Counted from the first letter of the stretch, positions 19,119 through 28,006 are shown. The stretch: DNA of 64,000 bases from Candidatus Bathyarchaeota archaeon (GCA_963715865.1 OY970280.1:32001-96000), one strand, 5' to 3'. Notes: generated by a model from the sequence alone, not told the origin. Numbers and translations: made by a program.

Positions 19119-20369
19119 GTGTTTAGGAAGCTTATGACGTTTGATGAGGCGCAAAAAGCAATTGAAGACCAGTTTAAACCTGCCTTTTTAGGTGAAGAAG
19201 AAGCTGTGCTGCTTGAAGCTTACAATCGCGTTCTTAACGAAGACGTAGTTTCAACGCTTGATATTCCACCGTTTAACCGCTCGACAGTTGATGGGTACGC
19301 TGTGAAAGCCGAGGACACTTTTGGTGCAGAGGAAAATCAACCTGTGACTTTGAAAGTTTCTGGTGTCGTGAATGTTGGGGAGCAGCCAAAAGTGGTTTTG
19401 GCGAAGGGTGAAGCAGTTGAAATTGTTACTGGCGCACCGATTCCTGAAGGTGCAGACGCAGTCGTGATGGTTGAAGACACTGAAAGAGAAAATGGCGAAT
19501 TGCATGTTTTCAGCGCTGTTACCGTGAATGAGAATGTTATGAAGAGGGGCTCAGACATAAAAAAGGGCGAAGCAGTGCTCAAAAAAGGTCAGGTTTTGGG
19601 TTCTTCGGAGATTGGTGTTTTAGCGGCTTTGGGTTTGACTAAAGTTAAAGTTTCAAAAATACCCATAGTTGCGGTTTTGTCCACAGGGGCAGAGGTAACT
19701 GAGCCTGGCCGGGCTTTGCCTGCGGGAAAAATCTATGACATTAACGCTTACAGCCTAAGCACCGCAGTAATTGAAAGTGGTGCAAAACCAGTTTACTTCG
19801 GCGTTGTTCCTGACGATAAAGCAGCTTTGTCAAAGGCTCTGCAGACTGCTGTGGCTTCAGCGGATATGGTGATTACTTCTGGCGGTGTCTCTGTTGGTCC
19901 ACGGGATTATACTCCGCAAATTGTGGATTCGTTGGGCAAGCCTGGAATAGTTGTTTACGGTATTGCAGTGAAGCCTGGCAAACCTACGACTGTTGGGTTT
20001 GTTGGGGATAAACCTGTTTTTTCTTTGCCTGGTCATCCAACGTCGGCTTTGTTGATTTTTTATTTGCTTGCTAGGCCATTGATTCAGAGGTTAGCTGGAA
20101 GACCTGTAACTGGAATGACAGTGGTCAGGGCTTTTGCTGGTTCACGGATGTTTAGTGCTAAAGGTAGGCGAACGTTTGTTATGGTTAAGTTAGAGTTTGA
20201 TAAAAGTTGCCGGTTGATTGCTGAACCTGTGGAAACTGGCGCTTCTGGAGCGATTACTACTTTGGCTAAGGCTGATGGGTTTGTTGAGATTCCTGAGAAT
20301 GAGCAGTTTGTTGATGTGGATGAAGAGGTTGCTGTTGTGCTTTTCCGTAATGTTTCCGGTAAGGTTTAG
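19119..20369 (+). CDS. moeA: Molybdopterin molybdotransferase MoeA (paralog 2)
   Basis: STVDGYA, TGAPIPEGADAVVMVE, STGAEV, SGGVSVG, KPGKP, LPGHP. Confidence 0.95.
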   Translation: MFRKLMTFDEAQKAIEDQFKPAFLGEEEAVLLEAYNRVLNEDVVSTLDIPPFNRSTVDGYAVKAEDTFGAEENQPVTLKVSGVVNVGEQPKVVLAKGEAVEIVTGAPIPEGADAVVMVEDTERENGELHVFSAVTVNENVMKRGSDIKKGEAVLKKGQVLGSSEIGVLAALGLTKVKVSKIPIVAVLSTGAEVTEPGRALPAGKIYDINAYSLSTAVIESGAKPVYFGVVPDDKAALSKALQTAVASADMVITSGGVSVGPRDYTPQIVDSLGKPGIVVYGIAVKPGKPTTVGFVGDKPVFSLPGHPTSALLIFYLLARPLIQRLAGRPVTGMTVVRAFAGSRMFSAKGRRTFVMVKLEFDKSCRLIAEPVETGASGAITTLAKADGFVEIPENEQFVDVDEEVAVVLFRNVSGKV

Positions 20370-20372
20370 GGT

Positions 20373-20723
20373 TTAAGCGGGTTTTCTCTTAAATAAGGTG
20401 TACAGTGCGAACACCCATGTGAGCACTGCGTAAGCAATCATGCTTATGCCTATTAGTGCATTGCTGAATCCTATTGAGTATAATGTGTAAAGGGAAAAGG
20501 TTGATGCTCCAGCAAGTAAGATGACTAGTAACCATGGTGCCCAAGCTCTTTTTGTAAAAAGACTATAGGCTGTTATTAAACTGAGGATTCCGAGTAAACC
20601 GAGCTGCGGCGGAAAATCACTTAGGGGCAGAAATGCCAAAAGGATTATTCCAGCAATGGCATAGAAGGCTAATGATGCTAATTCTATGCGGTTGAGACTT
20701 TTTAGTTTGGTTGCTAAGGACAC
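20373..20723 (-). CDS. Small four-TM membrane protein, unknown function
   Basis: Four hydrophobic helices, basic termini. Confidence 0.75.
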   Translation of the reverse strand: MSLATKLKSLNRIELASLAFYAIAGIILLAFLPLSDFPPQLGLLGILSLITAYSLFTKRAWAPWLLVILLAGASTFSLYTLYSIGFSNALIGISMIAYAVLTWVFALYTLFKRKPA

Positions 20724-20781
20724 TTGTGTTCGCCTTTACCTTATGCAGTAGGGGTTGAATTAATAAATTTAATGCATCAGG

Positions 20782-20975
20782 GTTGAGCGAAAGCTGTGAG
20801 GACATCGTGTGGACTTTTTGTTGTTGATGACTTTTTTTACTACGTACATGGGCTAAGGCACAGGAAACTTTACTACGTACAACTTAACACCTCTTTAGAA
20901 TGTACGTGGTAAATGAAGCTCAGGATGTACGTAGTAAGCTATCAACCGAAAGTTCACAGAACCGTTGAGCGAAAG
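20782..20975. repeat. Concentric four-copy 12-bp repeat array bounded by 12-bp direct repeats
   Basis: TTACTACGTACA at 20837 and 20870; inverted TGTACGTGGTAA at 20901 and TGTACGTAGTAA at 20926; GTTGAGCGAAAG at 20782 and 20964. Confidence 0.9.
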
Positions 20976-21026
20976 AGTTTAGAGCAAGCTTAAGGGAATA
21001 CAGAACAGAAGAGGATTGTAATCACC

Positions 21027-21926
21027 ATGAGTTATCTTGAACTTTTCACTTCGCAAACGAACGTTTTCAGCGGCATGCAAAAACCGTTTGAGAAGGCGAA
21101 ATACGTGATTTTCGGCGTGCCGTTTGATGCGACAAGCTCGTATCGGACGGGTGCGAGGTTTGGTCCAAACGCGATTAGGCAGGCGTCTTTGAATATTGAA
21201 ACGTACAGTTTCCGCAGCGGGTTGGATGTTGAGGATTTAGCGTTGTATGATGCTGGTGACTTGCATGTGTCTATGGATGCGCAGAAAACGGTTGATATGA
21301 CTAGGCTTGTGGTTGAGGATATTCTTGCGGCTGGCAAGATGCCTGTAGCTTTGGGTGGAGAACACACGATTACGCTTGGTGCTGCGAAGGGTTTAGGCGC
21401 TAGGGCAGCGAAAACGGCGATTGTAAGTTTTGATGCTCATTTGGATTTGCGTTGTGAATTTTTGGGGTCAACGTTGTCGCACACGACGTTTATGCAGCTA
21501 ATTAGCGGGGAAGTTAAGCCAGCGAAAATCGTTGAGGTTGGCACACGCTCAGCATGCAAGGAAGAACTGGCTTATGCAAAGAAGGCTGGAGTGGAATTTT
21601 TCACTTCTCAGCAAATCATCAAGCAAGGCTCAATGCTGATTGCTGAGCAGTTGAAAGAGAAGCTTCTGCCTTACGAGAACCTATATTTAACGGTGGACAT
21701 GGATGTGCTTGATCCAGCGTTTGCTCCTGCAGTGCAGAACCCTGAGCCTGAAGGAATCACCACAACCGACCTGCTAGACATTGTCTGCAGCTTGTGCGAT
21801 AAACGCGTGCTAGGCTTTGACGTGGCGGAGATTGTTCCGATTTACGACCAAGGAGTATCCGCAGTCGTCGCAGCAAAAGTAATGTTTGAAATGCTTTGCC
21901 AACTGGAAAAATCAAGAAAAAAATAG
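21027..21926 (+). CDS. speB: Agmatinase (ureohydrolase family)
   Basis: GVPFD, GARFGP, LGGEHT, FDAHLD, DMDVLDP, PEPEG. Confidence 0.93.
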   Translation: MSYLELFTSQTNVFSGMQKPFEKAKYVIFGVPFDATSSYRTGARFGPNAIRQASLNIETYSFRSGLDVEDLALYDAGDLHVSMDAQKTVDMTRLVVEDILAAGKMPVALGGEHTITLGAAKGLGARAAKTAIVSFDAHLDLRCEFLGSTLSHTTFMQLISGEVKPAKIVEVGTRSACKEELAYAKKAGVEFFTSQQIIKQGSMLIAEQLKEKLLPYENLYLTVDMDVLDPAFAPAVQNPEPEGITTTDLLDIVCSLCDKRVLGFDVAEIVPIYDQGVSAVVAAKVMFEMLCQLEKSRKK

Positions 21927-21972
21927 CCCTCGACTCTAGCAATCGAGACAGTTTATACCTCATTTAAAGCAT

Positions 21973-21996
21973 AGGGTTCAATTCCCATCCCCAGCT
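21973..21996 (+). other. tRNA-like 3-prime fragment (T-arm plus acceptor 3-prime strand), possible att remnant
   Basis: AGGGTTCAATTCCCATCCCCAGCT; no matching 5-prime acceptor strand upstream. Confidence 0.45.
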
Positions 21997-22156
21997 TTAG
22001 CATTTTTTTGGATCCTGCATTCTTTCATTTTTTGTGATTGATTTTTCAGCTGATTAAAAGCAAATTTCTGAGCGTCTATTTTGATTGTATTATTTCGTTT
22101 TGACTTAATTCTTATATGTAAGGAAAACATTACATATTATAAGAGCGCGAAGTATC

Positions 22157-22528
22157 ATGTCTGATGATCTAAAGTTTCATCTCAGGGCTGCCCAAGAAAA
22201 AAGGCTAGCGGCTTTGGACGAGTACGAGAAGAAGAGAATCAGCGTAGTCGGCGATTTAGCCATCAAGGCTGTTGAACAGGCGATTGAAGTTCTAGCTGCA
22301 TCTGAGGGAAAACACTTCCACACGACACCAAGGAGCGCACACAGCAACAGAATCCGTTGGATAAAAGAAAAGTTTCCTTCTTTATCTAAGGATTTAGACG
22401 AGCTATGGGGAGCTTATGGTGCTTTGGGTTATGAGGGTCTCAATGGAGAAAGAGCCGAGAAAGCTATCTCTGCAATGGAGCGCGTTTTTGATGAGATTGA
22501 AAGAGCAGCAAAAGTTAGACTTAAATAA
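22157..22528 (+). CDS. HEPN-like domain protein
   Basis: All-helical 123 aa with AIKAVEQAIE, a His-containing mid loop and C-terminal YGALGY; overlaps a downstream MNT gene. Confidence 0.7.
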   Translation: MSDDLKFHLRAAQEKRLAALDEYEKKRISVVGDLAIKAVEQAIEVLAASEGKHFHTTPRSAHSNRIRWIKEKFPSLSKDLDELWGAYGALGYEGLNGERAEKAISAMERVFDEIERAAKVRLK

Positions 22529-23150
22529 AATCATTACTTCAGTGTCGAAAATTCAGAGTGTTGTAGGCATTGTTCTCTTTGGTAGTCAAGCAAGAGGAGA
22601 TTATGACGAGTTTTCCGATTATGACCTCTTAATACTGTTTGAAAATAAACCTCTGATGTGGGAAACTTGGGATGAACTTTTCCAAGTCGTTGGAAGTCTA
22701 AACATGAATTTGCATGCGATTCCAGAAACACTTGAAGAGCTTAAGAACGCTAACCCAGTGTTTTTAGATGAACTATTTAGATATGGAAAAGTGCTTTTTG
22801 CCAAAATGCCCTTAGAAGTTTACCTTCAGCCCTTAAACTTGAAATCTTTCTCCTTAATCACGTATGACATGCGCAACGTGAATTACGCAGACAAAATGAA
22901 AGCTTCATATTTCCTTTATTCCAAGGGAGGTGCAGGCGCTGTAGCGAAGGCTGGGGGAACCAAAATCAGCGACAGCTGCATAACTGTTCCAAGCGATATG
23001 GCTGACGAAATAATCCGAGTCTTAACTTCTCTCAGTGTTCAAATTATAAAGACAGAAATTTTCACAAATCCAGACATGCCCAAGTCATGGCCAACCCAAA
23101 ACAGAATTCAGACTTCCAAGGTTCAAATTGAGAATCCTCAACATGGCTAA
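22491..23150 (+). CDS. MNT nucleotidyltransferase with extra C-terminal ferredoxin-fold (Cas2/PaaX-like) domain
   Basis: LFGSQARGDYDEFSDYD (GS-x10-DxD); C-terminal SLITYDM...GGTKISDSCITVP. Start refined to ATG 22491 or TTG 22497. Confidence 0.8.
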   Translation: MRLKEQQKLDLNKIITSVSKIQSVVGIVLFGSQARGDYDEFSDYDLLILFENKPLMWETWDELFQVVGSLNMNLHAIPETLEELKNANPVFLDELFRYGKVLFAKMPLEVYLQPLNLKSFSLITYDMRNVNYADKMKASYFLYSKGGAGAVAKAGGTKISDSCITVPSDMADEIIRVLTSLSVQIIKTEIFTNPDMPKSWPTQNRIQTSKVQIENPQHG

Positions 23151-23375
23151 ACTGCTCGCTTTAGCCTATCCTCTTGCAGTTTTTACCCTTTTTTTGCCTT
23201 TTTTAACCTTTTTTCACCTCAACCTAACGCAAATCCAAGCCCTAAACAACAAAAACAACCCAAAACACCCATTCAAAAGGGGGAGGAGCTACTATTTACA
23301 AGAAATCCAAACACAAAAAAAGAATCATCAGCGCTGACAGGACATGCTGAATTCATATACTATATCACAGCATAA

Positions 23376-23978
23376 TTGATACTGTCGAAGGCTGATGTTT
23401 TGGCTAAAGAACCAGAACTAACTATTCTCACAATCGGACACTCCACAAGAACACTCGACGAATTCGTCGGGATGCTCGAAGCCTACGGCGTCACCCTAGT
23501 CGTAGACGTGCGCACAGTTCCACGCAGCAGACACAACCCCCAATTCAACAAAGAAACCCTGCCAACCAGCCTCAAAAAATATGGAATAAAATACATCCAC
23601 ATGCCCGACATCGGCGGCTTACGCCGACCAAAACATGACTCAGAAAACTTGGCATGGCGCAACAACAGCTTCAGAGGCTACGCGGATTACATGCAAACCA
23701 AAGAATTCACCGATAACCTGCTAAAAATCATCGCGCTCGCCAGAGAGAACCGCTTGGCGTTGATGTGTGCTGAAGCTTTGCCCTGGCGATGCCACCGAAG
23801 CCTCATCTCCGACGCGCTCGTGGTTAGGCATGTTAAATTGGAGCATATCATAAGTGCAACTAGCCTTATCAACCATCAGCTTAACGAGATGGCGCATGTG
23901 GAAGGAACAAAAATAACCTACCCACTGTTCACCAAAGAAACACCCCAGAGAACACTAGGAGACTTCGGAACTTCTTAG
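23376..23978 (+). CDS. DUF488 domain protein
   Basis: TIGHS, DVRTVPRSR, LGG-like IGGLR, LMCAE...CHR. Confidence 0.88.
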   Translation: MILSKADVLAKEPELTILTIGHSTRTLDEFVGMLEAYGVTLVVDVRTVPRSRHNPQFNKETLPTSLKKYGIKYIHMPDIGGLRRPKHDSENLAWRNNSFRGYADYMQTKEFTDNLLKIIALARENRLALMCAEALPWRCHRSLISDALVVRHVKLEHIISATSLINHQLNEMAHVEGTKITYPLFTKETPQRTLGDFGTS

Positions 23979-24091
23979 AAGCTTAAAAAAAGGGCAATAA
24001 CTGTTGCTATACTAACTTCCTCTCTTATATATAGAAACAAACGTAAGTAGGTTGAACTTTTGAGGTGAATGTGTACGTCTTGTTAGGTTAA

Positions 24092-24136
24092 GCTTATATG
24101 CTTAGTTAGAAATATCTAACGTTAGAAATAAATAAC
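24092..24136 (+). promoter_or_regulatory. TATA box followed by tandem palindromic operator
   Basis: GCTTATATGC at 24092; GTTAGA-AATA-TCTAAC (24105-24120) then degenerate copy GTTAGAAATAAATAAC (24121-24136). Confidence 0.7.
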
Positions 24137-24143
24137 ATGAGGA

Positions 24144-24446
24144 GTGGGTATGAAAAGAAGCGCCAACCAAAACAACCCCATATCAGAAAAAAACATGAAC
24201 CAAAAAATCGGAGCAAAAAGAAACCTAAAGTGGACAACAGGTTGCTATGGCTTTTCAGGCTTCATCGGATTTTGGGCGTTTAACGCATTCGAATATCACA
24301 ACCCTTTGTACCTGTTTCTTTTCAGCTTTTTCAGCTTCTTCTGGATGTTCCGATACTGGAAAGATGAACTCAAGTATTTAGGCTTCTCAGGCGTGCTGGG
24401 CTTAATTGTTCCCGCGCTCTGGGCTATAGGCTTATTCAAGGTATAA
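24144..24446 (+). CDS. Small membrane protein (DUF3796-like)
   Basis: GxxGFxGF-rich helices; KYLGFSGVLG. Confidence 0.65.
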   Translation: MGMKRSANQNNPISEKNMNQKIGAKRNLKWTTGCYGFSGFIGFWAFNAFEYHNPLYLFLFSFFSFFWMFRYWKDELKYLGFSGVLGLIVPALWAIGLFKV

Positions 24447-24468
24447 GGATACATAATGAGGGCTAAAC

Positions 24469-24816
24469 ATGAAAACAAAAATCAATGAGCGATACTTTGG
24501 CTTCTTTGGGCTCCTAGGCTTCTTAGGCTTCACCCCAGGCAACTCCGCTTTTTATCTGTTATTCATGCTTTTTTTCTTCTTTGCTTTTGCTCGACCAACA
24601 ACCAAAGAAGGCACAATCTTAAGTGATGAGCGGTGGGGAAAAAATGTCACCCAAGCCTCCAGAAATGCATTCTACGTTTTCCTTATCCCCTCTATGCTTA
24701 ATGTTGCATTTTTAAGAACTACCGATAATTTCTTGCTGGTTTCTGTTGCTATACCCATCGCGTCTTTGTTGAGCTTTGCGGTGTCGTTTGTCTACTATGA
24801 TTTAAGAGGAGACTAA
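24469..24816 (+). CDS. Membrane protein (DUF3796/DUF2178-like)
   Basis: [11 protein letters not shown]; DER...N...ASRNAF motif. Confidence 0.7.
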   Translation: MKTKINERYFGFFGLLGFLGFTPGNSAFYLLFMLFFFFAFARPTTKEGTILSDERWGKNVTQASRNAFYVFLIPSMLNVAFLRTTDNFLLVSVAIPIASLLSFAVSFVYYDLRGD

Positions 24817-24820
24817 AAAC

Positions 24821-25024
24821 ATCCCGTTTAAGACCCGAATGAAAGAGCTGAGAGAAAAACAGCACCTGACGCAGGAGCAGCTAGCCCAAAAGGTAGGCGT
24901 AAGAAGAGAGACAATACTTTTCTTAGAGAAGGGTAAGTATAACCCTTCACTTAAGCTGGCTCATGATGTCGCGAAAGCATTAGGCTCAAAGATAGAAGAT
25001 GTATTCGTCTTTGAGGAAGAATAA
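24821..25024 (+). CDS. XRE-family HTH transcriptional regulator (COG1476-like)
   Basis: [32 protein letters not shown]. Track start is 24839; an in-frame ATC at 24821 follows a GAGGAG SD. Confidence 0.9.
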   Translation: MPFKTRMKELREKQHLTQEQLAQKVGVRRETILFLEKGKYNPSLKLAHDVAKALGSKIEDVFVFEEE

Positions 25025-25032
25025 CGAACAAG

Positions 25033-26517
25033 TTATTCTATTTTTAAATCAGTTTTTTTTGAGCCAACTCCAATTGCAAGTGTAGCTATAAACAGTAGGA
25101 TGATTATTGACATTATTGAGAACTCTGGGATTGAAGGTGTTGCTGTTGGCGTTGCCGTTGGTATTGCGGTGGCAGTGGACGTGAGAGAACTTGGCGAAGG
25201 ACTTGTCAGCGCTAATTGGGCGGCGGTTACTGGTGGAGCTGAGGGGTTTGGCGAATTCAATATGGGTGTGAAGTTGACTTTGCCCAAGTTAAAGTCGTTC
25301 TTTAGGTCGTAAATGCTTTGGTTTATTGCTTGTGTGTCAGTTGTTCCCCACCAGTTGTTAGCGGCGTCAATGTTGTTTGATGTGCCTTTTAGTCTAATGC
25401 TGTACTGGTTGCTGTTTTCTATGTTGTTGCCGCTTATAGTTGGAGAAACCGCGTTGTTTAGAGTTATGCCTATTCCACTGTTGACTATGGTGTTGTCCTG
25501 AATTACTGCGTTGCCCGTTGCGCTGATTGCTGTAGCGTTGCTGTTAATGATTAAATTGCCTTGAATTTTTACTGAAACCTCAGTAGTGTTAAGGATATTG
25601 ATGCCTGTCTGTACATTAGATATTATGTTGCTAACAATGTCAACGCTTCCCGTGCCAGCGCCAATGTCAACTGCAACATAATAAGTATAACCTTCTTGAA
25701 TTATGTTGCCAGTGATTAATGCGTGGTCGAAAACGCTGTATCCGTTGTCACTGTACTCGTATGCGTTGAAGCCTATTACGCCGATGATATTGTTACTTGA
25801 AACAACAGGTGAACCTTGCATGATGGCAATTGTGTCATAGTCCCGGTCAAAGCTCCTTCCAATCCAGAAATAGCTGCTTCCTCCTGAAATTTGGTTGTTG
25901 GAAACTACTGGTGAGCCGCCGTAGAGTCCCATTCCGCCTGTTATGACATTGTTTGTAATTGTGGAAGGTCCACTGACTTCGACTCCACCGTTAATCTGGT
26001 TATTCAATATGGTTGAGGAGCCGCCGCTTATTGTAATGGCGGTATTAGAATTCATCATGCCAGCATTGTCGTTGAACGTATTGCTGCCTATTTTTACAGA
26101 GCAATTTGCTATAGAAATCACGGTCTGATTAATTATTGCATTTTCAATTATGCAGCCAGAGCCTGATTGCTCATTCCAACTGGTGCTCGAAGCGGTGAAC
26201 TTTATCTGTCCAGCGTTAACTGTTGCACTGTTAATATAAATTGGATTTGTGCTGGTGCCTCTTGCATTTAAGGTCCCATTAACCTGCAGATAATACGTGT
26301 TGAGATTAACTGTTGCGCCCGCTTCGATTGTTAAGGTAACTCCTGAGCTTATCAATGTTGGTCCAGAAAGTTTGTATGGACTGTTAGCTTTTGTCCAAGT
26401 GGTATCTGAACTAATTATGCTCGGAGGAACGGTATCAGCATGGACGACATTGCAGACAAAAATAAGCGGACAAACGATAAGAGTTGCGAGTAATATGGCG
26501 TAAGAAAGGCTTCTCAT
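25033..26517 (-). CDS. Secreted parallel beta-helix surface protein with S/T/P linker and PEF-CTERM anchor
   Basis: Signal peptide; N/I/S/G-rich beta-helix repeats (IxNNxI); IDAANNWWG; TPTATPSIPEF + TM + KK. Confidence 0.85.
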   Translation of the reverse strand: MRSLSYAILLATLIVCPLIFVCNVVHADTVPPSIISSDTTWTKANSPYKLSGPTLISSGVTLTIEAGATVNLNTYYLQVNGTLNARGTSTNPIYINSATVNAGQIKFTASSTSWNEQSGSGCIIENAIINQTVISIANCSVKIGSNTFNDNAGMMNSNTAITISGGSSTILNNQINGGVEVSGPSTITNNVITGGMGLYGGSPVVSNNQISGGSSYFWIGRSFDRDYDTIAIMQGSPVVSSNNIIGVIGFNAYEYSDNGYSVFDHALITGNIIQEGYTYYVAVDIGAGTGSVDIVSNIISNVQTGINILNTTEVSVKIQGNLIINSNATAISATGNAVIQDNTIVNSGIGITLNNAVSPTISGNNIENSNQYSIRLKGTSNNIDAANNWWGTTDTQAINQSIYDLKNDFNLGKVNFTPILNSPNPSAPPVTAAQLALTSPSPSSLTSTATAIPTATPTATPSIPEFSIMSIIILLFIATLAIGVGSKKTDLKIE

Positions 26518-26658
26518 ACCTAGCACTCCATATAGAAATGGCAATTTTGCGGATATTAATCTTTGCAAACTGCAACCAATTAAATAGAACCCTTGATTTT
26601 TGCATAAGGCAGCTATTCAGTCAGCAGCCAATGCGTTAACGAGAGTGATTATCTAGCG

Positions 26659-28006
26659 CTATTCTTTTTGTAGTTTTGCTATGAAGAAGCCGTTGCACTG
26701 GTGAATATGCGGATAAAGCCGTTGGCATTTTGTTAATCCTCGCATTCCAGGCAAGCCAATTTTCGGCGTAATTTCTGTTAATGATGAATTCTGGATGCCA
26801 CTTCAAAAACCGCTCAATTATCATCTCGTTTTCTTCCACGGTTATGCTGCATGTAGAATAAGTTAAGGCTCCGCCAGAAGCGACTTTTTCAGCACAGCTG
26901 TCAATCATTTTCCACTGGATAGCCGCCATTTTCTCAATCGACTTTGGTCTGAGACGCCATTTGGCTGAGGGCTGCTTGGCGAAGACGCCTGTGCTGGTGC
27001 ATGGCGGGTCCAAAACCACCAAATCCGCTTGCGTGTTGAAGGGCAAAGAGGCGCAGGCATCGGCAATTATTGGCTCAGTGATTATGGTTCCCATGCGGGC
27101 GGTTTCTTTTTTCCACACTTTCATTCTTCTATTGGAGAAATCAACTGAGGCTATTCTGCCAGTGTTTTGCATTAGCTGGGCTAAATATGTGGTTTTGGCG
27201 CCTGGCGCAGCGCAAACATCAAAAACCACGCTGCCCGGCTTGGGGTCTGCGGCTTCTGCGGCGAAACAGCTTGCTTTATCTTGGATGTAGAATAATCCTT
27301 CCTTGTAGCTGGGTAACGTGTTTAGCGGTTGCTTTGCTTCTAAGACTTTGTATGTATATTTTAGCGGCAGGATTTTTTCCAGTTTTACGTCTTCTGCATC
27401 GAGTTTTTGCAGGATTGTTTCTTCTGTTGCCGATAGAGTGTTCATTCTGATGTGCGTGGGCGGCGGATTTATGCTTCCTTCCAAGAAAGCAATGGCTTCA
27501 CTGCGCCCCATGAGCTTATAACAATATTTAACGAACCATGACGGATGAAAAGTTTGCAGGCTCACTCGTTGCTCATCACCTGCCGTCTCCAAAATCGGTT
27601 CCAACGGGCGCGTAAGCAAAAAGCCCAAAAACGGCTCAACTTCTCGGAGGGTTTGCCAGCCTAAAATAGCCCTGCCCAAGCTGGCGATGTGCTCTGCTTC
27701 TTGAAGGTTAATTTTAGCCCACTTCTTGGCAACGCGAGTTTGGTAAACATACAAGCGAAGGAAAGATTGGATGCCTAAATTGTATTCGCTGATTTTTTTA
27801 GGCGCAACTACTGTGTTGACGAATTTGTCTATGAGGTTTCTGCGCCGTGTAGTCTCAACCAATAACCCGTAAGCATAACGTATCGCGTTCGGGTTGTCTG
27901 CGCCAAGCTGCTTAACGGTTCTTGCCAAGGCTAAGCGTTCGCTTAGTTTTTGCATTTCCATCCAGCTTAGGGTTTCAATGGCGATTGTCCAGGCATCCTT
28001 CAGCAA
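26659..28006 (-). pseudogene. RsmB/NOP2/NSUN-family RNA m5C methyltransferase with +1 frameshift near the C-terminus
   Basis: DVCAAPGAKT, LDPPCTSTG, YSTCS in frame; conserved tail RLYPHIHQCNGFFIAKLQKE* lies in the shifted frame after position 26785. Confidence 0.85.

Noticed and set aside
20837-20937. Replication origin or CRISPR interpretation of the repeat array
   Set aside because: No ORB consensus or adjacent cdc6/orc1; repeats are only 12 bp and in mixed orientation; no cas genes.
23128-23337. 69-aa track ORF
   Set aside because: Low-complexity T-run then A/C-run intergenic sequence; probably terminator and promoter DNA.
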